In this document: piece by piece, positions 41,750 to 51,899 of the stretch
Layout of the letters: each line of letters starts with the position of its first letter
Numbering within the stretch: the stretch's first letter is position 1
Assembly: GCA_046758445.1 (NCBI GenBank)
Contig: JBHIAE010000009.1
Span: forward strand, 1 to 64,000
DNA: 64,000 nt
Reading direction: 5' to 3'
Source: Candidatus Thorarchaeota archaeon
GTDB lineage: Archaea; Asgardarchaeota; Thorarchaeia; Thorarchaeales; Thorarchaeaceae
The notes under the pieces: generated by a model
What the model was told of the DNA's origin: nothing
What the model saw: the letters and a program-made list of their open reading frames with translations, nothing else
Database searches by the model: none
Program-made: the position numbers and the translations under genes

Positions 41750-42382
41750 ATGCCCAAAATCGAGGTGGCTTTCACCACTTCACATGGATGGACCCAATAT
41801 GTCCTAGTGAATCTGGAAGAAGACCTCCTCGATGTACACCTGTCGGACCTTGACATACAGTCGATTGATCTCTCGCAACTAGGCCCGATGAACAGCCTGA
41901 GGACTCTAGATCTTAGCAGCAATAGAATCGACACGCTGGACCTTGCCCCTCTGAACCGATGCAAGGACCTTGAGTCACTAGTCCTGTACGAGAACAGTCT
42001 GAGCTCTCTGGACCTGCGTCCGTTGAGCTCGTTCATTCGTCTTAGAGACCTATGGCTCTTCAGCAACAACCTCGAATCGATCGACCTGACTCCCCTCAGG
42101 GCATGTGCAAGTCTAAGTTGGCTCTCATTGGCGACCAACTATCTATCTATTTTGGACTTGACCCCATTGGGTTACTGCAAAAACCTACGGTATCTGGCGC
42201 TTCAAGACAACCAACTCCAGGAACTGGATGTTACACCTCTCTTCAATTGTCACGATCTTTCAGGATTGCATTTCGACACGGGCATAGCACTCAGAGCCAG
42301 TTCCATACCTGAACAAGAAGACATGAATCAGGTTCTGTTTCAACTGGCGCAACGTACGGAGAAGTTTCGAGGATCTCCCTAA
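41750..42382 (+). CDS. Leucine-rich-repeat protein (22-aa 'LDLxPL' repeats)
   Basis: About six tandem LxxLxLxxNxLxxLDLxPL units. Confidence 0.9.
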   Translation: MPKIEVAFTTSHGWTQYVLVNLEEDLLDVHLSDLDIQSIDLSQLGPMNSLRTLDLSSNRIDTLDLAPLNRCKDLESLVLYENSLSSLDLRPLSSFIRLRDLWLFSNNLESIDLTPLRACASLSWLSLATNYLSILDLTPLGYCKNLRYLALQDNQLQELDVTPLFNCHDLSGLHFDTGIALRASSIPEQEDMNQVLFQLAQRTEKFRGSP

Positions 42383-42625
42383 TACCACTCGAAATCTTCG
42401 CCACAATTGTCACAATGATAGTTCAGCAGAATCTGTTCCGGAGTGGAAATCTCATCGGTCAACTTCCTGACTTTCCTACTATCACAAAGAGGGCATTTGG
42501 GACTTTCATTCACTCCAGACATGTTCCTCTAAGTGTCGACTCATCAGAATCTTATGAACTCTATCTCAGAGTCGCACGACACCCCAGTAGACATGATTAA
42601 TTAGTCAGAGTTTCCTCTCCTTCAG

Positions 42626-44305
42626 TTGAAGGTGAAGTCAGTGGTTAGAGAGATTGCTCTCCAGTTTGCATATAGGAAGAGGTTCGGCAAAATCAATCCG
42701 GATGATGATGAGATAGCTTTGGCCATGGCATTCATTCTCGCTGAGTCCAATAGAAGTAGCTCAGCGAGGATCAAGCAGCTGTCATTGGTTTCGATTCCGT
42801 ACTGGATAGTCCAGGTTTCTGGTAGCCGTTCAATCCTGCTTTCAGCAGTCGGCGAGTCGTCTGTCGGAGTAGAATTGAGCGAGAACAAGTCGATTAGCCA
42901 AGTTCGGCGAATTATCAGCAACGAAACCAGCGATGTCAAAGACATCCCGGACGCCGTGAGTAAGTCACTCCCGCTCCTAGCTGAAACAGAAACTGTCGAA
43001 CATTATTTGAGGAACCTCCAAGACCCTTCAGCCTTCGTTGCAGCAGGGAATCACTTCGTTGATGTCGAACCCGGAGCCAGAGTCTTTGTACCCGACAAGT
43101 CATTTGACTCTCAGGCTGCGCTTGCGGTGAGTCATGAGTACCAAACTCTAACTGACGGAGCAAAGACACGGCTCGGCACACTACAGTCACTTCATAGGCT
43201 CACAAACGAACGGCTGATGGACCGGTTGACTGCGCTAGACAATCTGATATCATCTGAAATGTCCAGATGGGAAAGACGCCATTCGCAGATGATGAACTCA
43301 AACCAACTGAGGGCAGGGAACCTAAGAGAGGGTCTTTCTGATTCTGTATATCGACTGAAGCAGCGCCGAAAGATGGAGGAGAGTGCTCTTCTTGCAGAGT
43401 TTGCGCGCGAAACAGTTCAGCTTGAGAGGCTATTCGGCACAATCTTGGAAGACATTCGAGCCGTTCGACAACAGATTGGCGTCAAGGATGTTGACGTACC
43501 GAAAGCAGTGAAGCGGTATGACGCCCTACTGGATAAGCTGAGTACAAGCGTTTCGACTTATGGTGATATGGCCACTTCAATAAAAGCGCTTGCCGAAGAG
43601 ACCCTCCAGAAATCGTCCCACTTGGACACCCAACTTGCTGACAAGATACGACAGGAAGAAGAGTCAACAAACTCGCAGATCAATGAACTGCATCACAGAC
43701 TGGGAGAGCTCAGCGGCGAGATCGAACAGAGACGTTCTGAGCTTACCGAAACGAAAAGGAACGTACAGGCCGCGGTGACTCAAATGGATGAATCAGTTTC
43801 CAAGAGAATCAAAGAACTTACAGATGAGCATTGGAAGCTAGAGAGCCTCTCAATGAACAGTGATTCGATAGAGGGTCTTTCTCCGTTGACTCAGGTCAAT
43901 ATCATGACGTACATAGTAACCTACAACCGAGGAAACCCAGTGGTACTGACTCCAATACTCGTTCCTGAAGAGACCATAGATATTCCGTATAGACATGAAC
44001 CACTGAACATAGACATCGAGAAGTTCGTTCAGAAGAACCTAAAGGGACTAATCAAGGACAGCTCTTCCTTCAGGGCAGCCCTTGATGGGGCCACCACAGC
44101 AGCTAACGTATTTCAGGACCCTGAAGCTGGGAAGGCCTTCGACAGAGGAATACATCGACTGACGGACAGAGAGGTGCTTGGAGAGAGTGTAGAAGAAACT
44201 CTCAAGCCGCAGTTTCTGAAGCTAGTTGGAAGGTGCCCACAGTGTGGGGCAGATGTGAGCTCTGCAGGGAAGTTTTGCCCTGAATGTGGTGCAACGATTG
44301 GGTGA
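42626..44305 (+). CDS. Long coiled-coil protein with C-terminal double-CxxC Zn ribbon
   Basis: Heptad-rich centre; 'CPQCG...KFCPECG' at the C-terminus. Confidence 0.85.
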   Translation: MKVKSVVREIALQFAYRKRFGKINPDDDEIALAMAFILAESNRSSSARIKQLSLVSIPYWIVQVSGSRSILLSAVGESSVGVELSENKSISQVRRIISNETSDVKDIPDAVSKSLPLLAETETVEHYLRNLQDPSAFVAAGNHFVDVEPGARVFVPDKSFDSQAALAVSHEYQTLTDGAKTRLGTLQSLHRLTNERLMDRLTALDNLISSEMSRWERRHSQMMNSNQLRAGNLREGLSDSVYRLKQRRKMEESALLAEFARETVQLERLFGTILEDIRAVRQQIGVKDVDVPKAVKRYDALLDKLSTSVSTYGDMATSIKALAEETLQKSSHLDTQLADKIRQEEESTNSQINELHHRLGELSGEIEQRRSELTETKRNVQAAVTQMDESVSKRIKELTDEHWKLESLSMNSDSIEGLSPLTQVNIMTYIVTYNRGNPVVLTPILVPEETIDIPYRHEPLNIDIEKFVQKNLKGLIKDSSSFRAALDGATTAANVFQDPEAGKAFDRGIHRLTDREVLGESVEETLKPQFLKLVGRCPQCGADVSSAGKFCPECGATIG

Positions 44306-44344
44306 GGCCGCCACAAAATAGAATCAGTTGCCACCGCACGTCCA

Positions 44345-44902
44345 CTAGTAGTATCGAAGCGTAAGCGTGAGGTCTACATCCCAAACGTCAGTCTTGCCTG
44401 AAGCTGAGAAGTACACTACCCAGACACAAGTTTAGGCATCTTCATAGAGATCTATGTAGGCGTTGACAGAGTTGGTATATGTTCCCTCACCCACGAGATA
44501 CGGAGTCCGACCGGCAAAAGAGAGCATATCAAACGTCGTGAGGTCAATTTCATATACTGCAATGTGGATTTCAAAACTGACTGCATCACTGCCAGTATCA
44601 TCGACGCTAACTTCAAAGAGAAGATCAGGCACAAGACTCCCCTGAGCCTCCGATGAAGACACAGAGAACTCGTCGCGGTAGATCCAACCAAGATAAAGGT
44701 CGACATCGATGTTGTTCCAGCTACCAATCTCTCTCTGTCCAGCGGCACCGCCATCACCAAGGAATCCTAGAAAGACCACAAGGACTCCTGCGACAACCAC
44801 AATGGCAATAATCAGACCAACAATGAGCATCCTACCGAAGCCAGGACCTCTTGAGGGTCTTTCAGGCTCGACATAATCTAGGAGTAGTGGTATCTCCGTC
44901 AA
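44345..44902 (-). pseudogene. Membrane-anchored beta-rich protein with a premature TAA at 44432-44434
   Basis: Frame continues past TAA as 'TCVWVVYFSASGKTDVWDVDLTLTLRYY', which looks like the final beta-strands. Confidence 0.55.
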
Positions 44903-45013
44903 TGCTCAGACCCCTAACTGCAAAGGATATTCACCTAGAGAATGGCCCACTTATTGCCGTTTTCGAACTGCACTCTGGTTAATGAGGGGAACCTGAAACC
45001 CCCTCGGATCTTG

Positions 45014-45523
45014 TCAGATGTACCTCCTGACCTGAGAACTGAGAAACCTTGCAACGTCTGATAATGAGAAGGGCCAAGCGTAGACTATCTCTGTTTCCTC
45101 AAACCTCTCTTGAGCCCGCTCGATGGCATCAGGAATGTCCTCCTCTGAATGCTCGCCTCCAGGTGTCATCATCGGGGTCGTGACCACAATCTTAGCGGGA
45201 CCGTCCTGGGCTGCAATATCAATCGCATCCGCGACTGATGGCGCACAGAACTCGTTGAACCCAACAATAACGCCGCAACCAGTTTCGGAGGACATCTCCG
45301 CGGCAAGTCTAAACGATGCATCCCAAAATGGATCGTTCTCAGCATCTCTCGGCCAGTTTCTTACTCTTGCATCGGGCATGTCGAATCGATCAAGTATGTG
45401 TTTTGAAACTTCGTCACCAGAACTCTCGATCATTCGATGCAATCCAACCAATTCCATTAGTTCATCTTCCGGGAAGTCTTTCGGCGGCATGCCGTGCATG
45501 ACGAGAACTATCTTTGTTGTCAT
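45014..45523 (-). CDS. CbiX/SirB-type chelatase
   Basis: 'LVMHG', 'GFNEFCAPS', 'PGGEHSEEDIP'. Confidence 0.85.
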   Translation of the reverse strand: MTTKIVLVMHGMPPKDFPEDELMELVGLHRMIESSGDEVSKHILDRFDMPDARVRNWPRDAENDPFWDASFRLAAEMSSETGCGVIVGFNEFCAPSVADAIDIAAQDGPAKIVVTTPMMTPGGEHSEEDIPDAIERAQERFEETEIVYAWPFSLSDVARFLSSQVRRYI

Positions 45524-45527
45524 TCTG

Positions 45528-46766
45528 TCACCACCTGCTAGAAACGAATGAGAAGAAGTTGCGAAAGGATTCAGCATTATCCCCTAGGACAATGATGTGG
45601 TGGTTTCCAAGAGGTTCCTCGAGGAAGTAGTCAACAGGCTCATCCATTTGTACCTCAATCTGTGTTCGGCATGCAGTGTCACTATCAAGGTTCTTTGTTA
45701 TCGTGCCTCCTGACACCCAGTATTCTGAAAGTCCCCTTCCGAAGACCTTGAGTGCTGTTACTCTCTGTGGAGAGATTATTCCCCGTATTGCAACACTTTT
45801 CCCAGACTCGTAGTGACTCATAATGTCGTACTCGTCAGCCAACGAGGTTGCTATCGTGCAGTGGGCGAATACGGCCTTGTTAGAGTCAGGATTCACATGA
45901 GCGACATTTGCCATGAAAGAAGGTTTGGAGGTCAGAGCCTTGGCCACCAACATAGTGAATGTTGCAGGAATGTCTCCCTCGCAGCCAGCTACAAGTCCTT
46001 CTTTGTCATTCAGAAGGGATAGGGCATGGCAGCCGGATATGTCAGTGTGTTCAAGTAGAGTGAAGCATTCAACCGAAACAGCATCAATGCCTGCACTAGC
46101 CACGAACTCGTCCAACACTTTTGCGGCGAGGGCTGCCTTCCCGAGCTCTTCGTCACTTGTCATGTTTGACCTTGCATCCCGTACGAATCCTTCAGTTGCT
46201 CTACTCTGAAACCCTTCAAGATCTTCCTTCAGACTGGTTTCTACTACATCAATCGAAAAGCTCTCAATCAAAAGACCCCAACGTTGCTTCACGGATTCAA
46301 CATCAACTTGCGAGGCAACGAGCCAGAAAGAAGGGTTCCCAACAATTCCAAGGCGACTATTCCTGATCTTGTCCTCGACTTCTGAGAATCGGCTCCATTC
46401 CTGAATCATGTCAGACAGCAAGTTGAGTGGAGAATGAATGATTCTGGAGTTCATTCCCTGCTGTTGAAGATACGCTCTAGTCTCCATGGCCGCTGGTAGC
46501 GAGTTGTTACCAGGGTGGCTCAGCAATATGATAGGGTCTGCCAGTCCAGCCTGTGCCATGAAATCCGATACGGCCTTTTCAGTTCCACCAGTTCCCACAA
46601 ACAGGTAGGTGTGACGGTCACGGATGTCCGGCTTCTGTTTGGCGTTTCGTAGGAACTCCTCCGGCGTAAGAACATCGGCTCCGGGTACAGTGATGTCCTT
46701 GACAAGCTGTGATTTCGTTTCTTCCGGCGTTATGGGAGATAGAATTGGTATAATGTTGATTGCCAT
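45528..46766 (-). CDS. L-fucose/L-arabinose isomerase-like protein
   Basis: 'VGTGGTE', 'NSLPAAME', 'CF', 'GCEGD', 'AHCT', 'CRTQ', 'LGNHH'. Confidence 0.8.
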   Translation of the reverse strand: MAINIIPILSPITPEETKSQLVKDITVPGADVLTPEEFLRNAKQKPDIRDRHTYLFVGTGGTEKAVSDFMAQAGLADPIILLSHPGNNSLPAAMETRAYLQQQGMNSRIIHSPLNLLSDMIQEWSRFSEVEDKIRNSRLGIVGNPSFWLVASQVDVESVKQRWGLLIESFSIDVVETSLKEDLEGFQSRATEGFVRDARSNMTSDEELGKAALAAKVLDEFVASAGIDAVSVECFTLLEHTDISGCHALSLLNDKEGLVAGCEGDIPATFTMLVAKALTSKPSFMANVAHVNPDSNKAVFAHCTIATSLADEYDIMSHYESGKSVAIRGIISPQRVTALKVFGRGLSEYWVSGGTITKNLDSDTACRTQIEVQMDEPVDYFLEEPLGNHHIIVLGDNAESFRNFFSFVSSRW

Positions 46767-46840
46767 ACCTCATCAGACAATCCCCTCATGTCATAACCTT
46801 TGGGGACGTTAAAAGACCAGTCATCAGTGGTAGGTGTCAA

Positions 46841-47500
46841 CTACAAGTAAGAACGGGCCCGATGGGATCTGAGAGCTTCGACAACCTCGGTGTCAGGGAC
46901 ATCATACCAGTTCTCGTAGGCGTCAGCCACAGCAAATACGTAACCCGACCCGACATTTGGACATACAAGTCGGTCAACAACCCCGGCCACTCTCTGAACT
47001 GCGCCAGACGATGCGGTTGGCACTGCAACCGTGATGCTAGCTGGTTGTGCTTCTTTGACTGAACTGATTGCGGCCAGCATCGTGTAGCCAGAGGCCAGTC
47101 CATCATCAACGAGAATTACATCCTTCCTGTCTGGAAAGTGGATACCTGCAAGTCCGTCATATGCGTCCTTTCTTGCCTGAATCTGATTCTCGGTTCTCAT
47201 ACAAACCGAATCGATTTCCTCTTGAGAGAAACCAAGCCGGGTTACTAGTTCCTTGTTCAGGATCAGTGTTCCGAGAGAAGTCAATGCACCAAAGCCTGCT
47301 TCGGGATTATACGGAATTTGGAGCTTCCTCACGATTATGATATCGAGCGTGGCCTCCAATGCTTCTGCAATGGGAAGTGCAACGGCTACTCCTCCATTGG
47401 GAACGGCCAGTACGAGAGGACCTGCGTCAAAAGAAAGCTCACTGAGCTTCTCTGATAGAATCCTGCCGGCATGTTCTCGGTCCCTATAAGGCCAGGACAA
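46841..47500 (-). CDS. Phosphoribosyltransferase (COG1926-like)
   Basis: 'DREHAG', 'VPNGG', 'VRKL', 'LVDDGLASGYT', 'VAVP'. Confidence 0.88.
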   Translation of the reverse strand: MSWPYRDREHAGRILSEKLSELSFDAGPLVLAVPNGGVAVALPIAEALEATLDIIIVRKLQIPYNPEAGFGALTSLGTLILNKELVTRLGFSQEEIDSVCMRTENQIQARKDAYDGLAGIHFPDRKDVILVDDGLASGYTMLAAISSVKEAQPASITVAVPTASSGAVQRVAGVVDRLVCPNVGSGYVFAVADAYENWYDVPDTEVVEALRSHRARSYL

Positions 47501-47632
47501 TCAAACCACTCCCGATGTGTATTATGGAGCTGATGCCTCTTAGAAGTTGCTCTTTCAGTCTGGACTCAGAGTCAACTTGGCTGGAGTCCAAAGGCTTATA
47601 GCTACAGGAAGTTCATATCGGGAGCGTCCGGT

Positions 47633-48559
47633 GTGGTTATATCCTTGTATAGGAGGAAGATGCCTCGGTGCTCCTTTGTGAAGTTCAAAGGGATTGAGAA
47701 GCTTCGCGAGAAGCTTCCCGGCTATCCAGGGCGAAGGCTTGCTCTTATTCCTTTGTTGGCGTTGCTCGTGTGCATCGTTGGCCTGGCGTTCATGTTGTCC
47801 ATGGACACAGTATCGCGTATCTTTGCCGATGTTGCCATACTTGCTGACATAGAACCCGTACTCCCAGTATTGGGTGCGTTCATCAGTATGTCGACTGGCA
47901 TCCTGTGTATCCGGCGTGTTTGGACCAAGAGAGAACAAGCGATGGCTGAGTTAGGAGATCTTGCATACCAACGTATGCTAGTGACAGGATTGGCAGGCGT
48001 CTTCCTTATACTCTCTGTGATTCTTCACGCCTTTGTTTCTGTCAGAAGTCTACCTCCTGGTCCTCCTGTAAACGAACTCACATCGTTTCTATCGACCTCG
48101 ATCTTCTCGCTGCTCGGGGTGCCTTATGCACTCGACCTAGCAGTTCGAATCGTAGCAGGAAGTGTGTTCACTATCCTTGCCGCCATGACGGCCGCACGTG
48201 CAGTCCTGACGTTTGGAATCGACTACATGACTGTAGTCTACCTTTACTTCCCCGAGGAGTCAGAGCTTCAAGAGAATGAGATCTATTCTGTCGTTCGTCA
48301 CCCGGCCTACTTTGGGATAATCCTCTTCGGAGTGGGGGCCATTCTGTTCCGATTGTCAGTCTACTCAGTCCTCTTTGCACTCATTATCGCGATAGGTTTG
48401 CTGGTCCACCTCAGAGTTGAGGAAGGAGAGCTCATTGAACGGTTTGGAGATTCATATTCTGAGTACATGAGGAATGTGCCAGGGCTCCGCGTGAAACCAA
48501 GGGACTTTGGGACTTACCTGAGATTCCTAGCAGGAAGGACGTCTACGAGCGCCTCTTGA
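47633..48559 (+). CDS. ICMT/PEMT-family membrane methyltransferase
   Basis: 'IYSVVRHPAYFG' and 'EEGELIERFGDSYSEYMRNVP'; multiple TMs; start codon uncertain. Confidence 0.85.
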   Translation: MVISLYRRKMPRCSFVKFKGIEKLREKLPGYPGRRLALIPLLALLVCIVGLAFMLSMDTVSRIFADVAILADIEPVLPVLGAFISMSTGILCIRRVWTKREQAMAELGDLAYQRMLVTGLAGVFLILSVILHAFVSVRSLPPGPPVNELTSFLSTSIFSLLGVPYALDLAVRIVAGSVFTILAAMTAARAVLTFGIDYMTVVYLYFPEESELQENEIYSVVRHPAYFGIILFGVGAILFRLSVYSVLFALIIAIGLLVHLRVEEGELIERFGDSYSEYMRNVPGLRVKPRDFGTYLRFLAGRTSTSAS

Positions 48560-48604
48560 CTCTCTCAGAGAAACTACGTGTCTGATTCTGAGCAAGAGTA
48601 ATCA

Positions 48605-49225
48605 GTGGCGTTACAATTGGACACGATGATGATTCGAGCAATCGTTCTGGACATGGATGGAGTGATACGTCACATTGATCTTGAAACGGCAGAAAAGGCT
48701 ACGCGATCGATAAACCTGACCTTTGACGAGCTCATGACCGTTCTTTGGGACAACGAGTCCGGCAGGATGCTACTCCGAGGGGAGATTTCTCGCAACGTGT
48801 GGTGGAGCATCTCGCAGTCCGAAGACAATCGCTTGGCTGATGTTCCACAGAAATTCGTGTGGGATTCCGTGTTTGCGAAGAGTTCCATTGACAAGAAGAT
48901 TGTTGACTATGTCAGAACGAATACTGAGAGTCTGACCACTGCTATCTTCACGAATTGCGACAGTGTTTCAAAGAGTCAAGTAATCAGTGATTTAGGACCG
49001 AACCATCCGTTTGACTACGTGGTTTCATCTAGTGACATTGGAGCAACGAAGCCTGAGAAGGAGGCGTTTCTGAGAATGCTCGAGACTATTCAATTATCGG
49101 CTCAGGACTGCGTCTTCTTTGATGATTCTCGGACGAACATTGAGGCTGCGATGGAAATCGGAATCCATAGCTTCCTCTTCAAAGACCTAACACACCTGAA
49201 GAACACCCTGGAATCATTTCGATAG
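48605..49225 (+). CDS. HAD-IA phosphatase
   Basis: 'LDMDGVI', 'FTN', 'KP', 'FFDDS..NI'. Confidence 0.88.
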   Translation: MALQLDTMMIRAIVLDMDGVIRHIDLETAEKATRSINLTFDELMTVLWDNESGRMLLRGEISRNVWWSISQSEDNRLADVPQKFVWDSVFAKSSIDKKIVDYVRTNTESLTTAIFTNCDSVSKSQVISDLGPNHPFDYVVSSSDIGATKPEKEAFLRMLETIQLSAQDCVFFDDSRTNIEAAMEIGIHSFLFKDLTHLKNTLESFR

Positions 49226-49388
49226 AACCAAGTCACCCTTCGAAAGTTGTCTTGAGTCAAATGAACGAGGTTCTCTCTGGCACTATGAAAAATAGGAGAT
49301 GGGATGCGCAAGATAGACCTCCGCATCCGTTTCAAATTGATCTGCAGCGAACCCAACTAATCCTGTCCAAGTTTCGCGACCTAGCCTG

Positions 49389-49646
49389 TCATTGTGCTAG
49401 TCTGAGTCTGCTCACGCTATCCACCAGAAGGGTCTGATCCTTTGCATCCATGTACCTGGACGGACTTGTTTCATATCGTGACCGGTTTTGCCGTGTCAGA
49501 GTGAAATACTCACGAATCGGAAACCACTCTGAGTCATGCCCGTTGTTGATAAAATCGGCGAAGATCAGTCTAATGAGCCTTACTTCGTCTCTTTTGCGTT
49601 CACGTTGCTTCTTGCGTTTCCTTTTCCGGTATTCACTAGCTGACAT
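49389..49646 (-). CDS. Small basic hypothetical protein
   Basis: Strong SD GGAGGT before ATG 49646; N-terminal 'RKRKRKKQRERKR'. Confidence 0.45.
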   Translation of the reverse strand: MSASEYRKRKRKKQRERKRDEVRLIRLIFADFINNGHDSEWFPIREYFTLTRQNRSRYETSPSRYMDAKDQTLLVDSVSRLRLAQ

Positions 49647-49877
49647 TTTCTGTATACCTCCTTGAGGAAAACACAGAATCGGCAACAGTGGGTTTGTGCC
49701 CATTGGCTGTCGATAGAGTCCTCTTCCCCGAGAGGACCACGATCAGAAGGAATAGACATCACGAGGAAGAGGAAGCCTGTACTAGCTCACACTAGTATTG
49801 TGGAACCAATACGGGTGTGTTGTGTTTCCTCGTAACATTGTTGTGATTCTCTCTTCGCCAGAGCTCGCATATAACGG

Positions 49878-50498
49878 TTGGTTTCTCCGTATTTCGGGCT
49901 GCAGAAGGTACATCTACGCGTTCATTTGGCGACCTGTCCAACCTGCTCCAAGATGCTGGTGATTGTGAAGATGGTCGAGGAGGGAGCAGGCGTGACAGGA
50001 ATGGACCACTGTCACAACAACCACACGGTCACGTACATCAGCGACATGCTCAAGGTCACTTTGAGCACGCCCACACCGGTAGTGACTCCAGGTGTCGAGG
50101 TCACGGTCAACGTGGCCGTGGTCTATGCCCATGACGACTCAGCCGTTGGTAATTACTTCGCGGAAATCGACCGTGATGCGATTGCCCTTGTCACGATCAA
50201 TGAGACAGACCCGTCCTTCACTGTCTTGGAAGAGATTGCGATAAGTCATGTCTAATTGGTATCAGGTGCCAGTGAGAGCCTCTACGGAATCACGGAAGTC
50301 TACTCGAGCTATCAGCTCACAGTGACCTGGGGGGAGGCAGGTGAGCCTGGCCTTGGATTCCCGCCGCCTGATAACAGGACCACGACAACGACTGAGTACG
50401 AGCCAGCACCGGTCAGTCTTGTGTGAATGACGGTCCGTATTAGAGGGATGTTCATCTTCCTCTACATGACCCGGGATTCTCGGGGTGTACGTAGATGA
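49878..50498 (+). pseudogene. C-terminal remnant of a cell-surface protein
   Basis: One frame read through TAA 50253 and TGA 50424: beta-rich segment, 'SESLYGITE...VTW', Pro/Thr linker 'RTTTTT', degenerate TM and RR tail. Confidence 0.55.
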
Positions 50499-50627
50499 AT
50501 GCTGACGAACAGGCGATCTACAGGACCGACACTCTTGAGAGGTGGATAGAGAGAATGCCCCGGTGGACTGCAAGAAAGGCCAGGAACAGGCTGAAGCGTC
50601 GTTAGAGTCTGATCTGCACGTGGAGAG

Positions 50628-51099
50628 TCAATAGGACCTGAGAATTATCTTTTCATCGCGTTCTTTAAAGGTGATTTCGAAGTTCCAGTATATCGTATCA
50701 CGTCCGAGAACCACGTAGGGAATGTTTCCTTCAATCTTGGGTATTTGAATGGGGCAATTAGGGAACTCGCAGAAGGGCTTGAGGCCCTTCAAAAATGGCA
50801 ATGTTGACATTGCTAACGAATATGGGAATCACGCCGCCAGCCCCACGGGCACTGTCCTCCTCTTCCATAAGGAGTTCTAAGGTCTCTGCGAGCTCAAGTG
50901 GTATGAACGAGCATGTTGCCCCGGAGTCAACCAAGACTGGAGTCCGAAAGGATATGCCCTTGTGCTCCAGATACACGAAAATCATTGGCAATCGATAGGC
51001 AGTACCGTCCTCTTCTCTGAATGTCCTATATTTGCAGACGATCTTTAGTCTCTTCCTTCTGGAATACGTCTTCTCAGAAGGCACAAATGAGCCCCTCAC
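50628..51099 (-). pseudogene. Retropepsin-like (clan AA) aspartyl protease, frameshifted
   Basis: 'LVDSGA' in 50758..51099 and 'VLGRD' in 50628..50810; the two join by a one-base shift at the A5 run 50791-50795. Confidence 0.8.
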
Positions 51100-51290
51100 A
51101 AGAGCATGACTTCATTCCTTGGCACTTTCATTATGAAGGGCTCACGATCTGGATACTTCTTCTTTGCCTCACGGAATACGGTCTTTCCAGAATCAACAGT
51201 GGCCACGATTTCCTTATCAACTAGTGCAACCCACTTACCAATGTGCTCCCCCAGATCTGACATCGACATGATGATGTCAAACTTATTCAT
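51096..51290 (-). CDS. DUF5678-like small protein
   Basis: 'GKWVALVDKEIVAT...FREAKKKYP..EPFIMKVP'; overlaps the protease ORF by 4 nt. Confidence 0.8.
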   Translation of the reverse strand: MNKFDIIMSMSDLGEHIGKWVALVDKEIVATVDSGKTVFREAKKKYPDREPFIMKVPRNEVMLL

Positions 51291-51487
51291 TTTTTCTTCA
51301 CCATTGCGAGATTCTCCTAACAACTGTGGGCCGGCTCTACAAGAAAGTCAGTTCAAACCCCCTGTGTTGCTCTCCATGTGGCAGTATCGCAAAAGTACGG
51401 GACTTTCGCACACATTGATCGCTTCTATTTCAATAGATATAGTCTTGTATCTGACTAAACACTAACTCTTCACACGGAAACTTCGGA

Positions 51488-51721
51488 CTATCCCTTCAAT
51501 GCTCCACCGATGGCCACGACTCCAAGAACCACAATCATCAACATGAGTGTCACCTGTGTGTTCATTGGCGTGACACCCGTAAAGAACGCCCATAGGCTGC
51601 CAGTCATCTCTTGGAGCTGAAACTCTACAGTGTTGACATAGCGGTTCAGAACGTCAAAGGCCAGATACATCAATAACAGGGTCGAGAGCACAGAGGCTCC
51701 TTTCGCTACTCCACCCATCAC
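51488..51721 (-). CDS. Small 2-TM membrane protein
   Basis: SD GAGGTGA; two hydrophobic helices. Confidence 0.65.
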   Translation of the reverse strand: MMGGVAKGASVLSTLLLMYLAFDVLNRYVNTVEFQLQEMTGSLWAFFTGVTPMNTQVTLMLMIVVLGVVAIGGALKG

Positions 51722-51899
51722 ATCACCTCAATAGGTGTCTGCAGCAAGGTTGGATGGGAAACAGTGAGGATTGTCCTCGATGATCTCAAAAGACCCTACC
51801 ACCGACACCATACATTGGCTCCATTTCTACTTGAATTGTGTTTCGGTAACCTTTCATGTGGAAACTCTCTCAAACAGGTCGTCAATCTCGCCTAGATGC

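Noticed and set aside
41820-42245. 66-bp periodicity as a CRISPR or tandem DNA repeat
   Set aside because: It is explained by 22-aa LRR units; there are no identical repeats with unique spacers
47633-48559. ICMT-like enzyme acting on the Rab-like GTPase
   Set aside because: The GTPase has no C-terminal Cys/CAAX, the genes are 36 kb apart, and this methyltransferase family is widespread in prokaryotes
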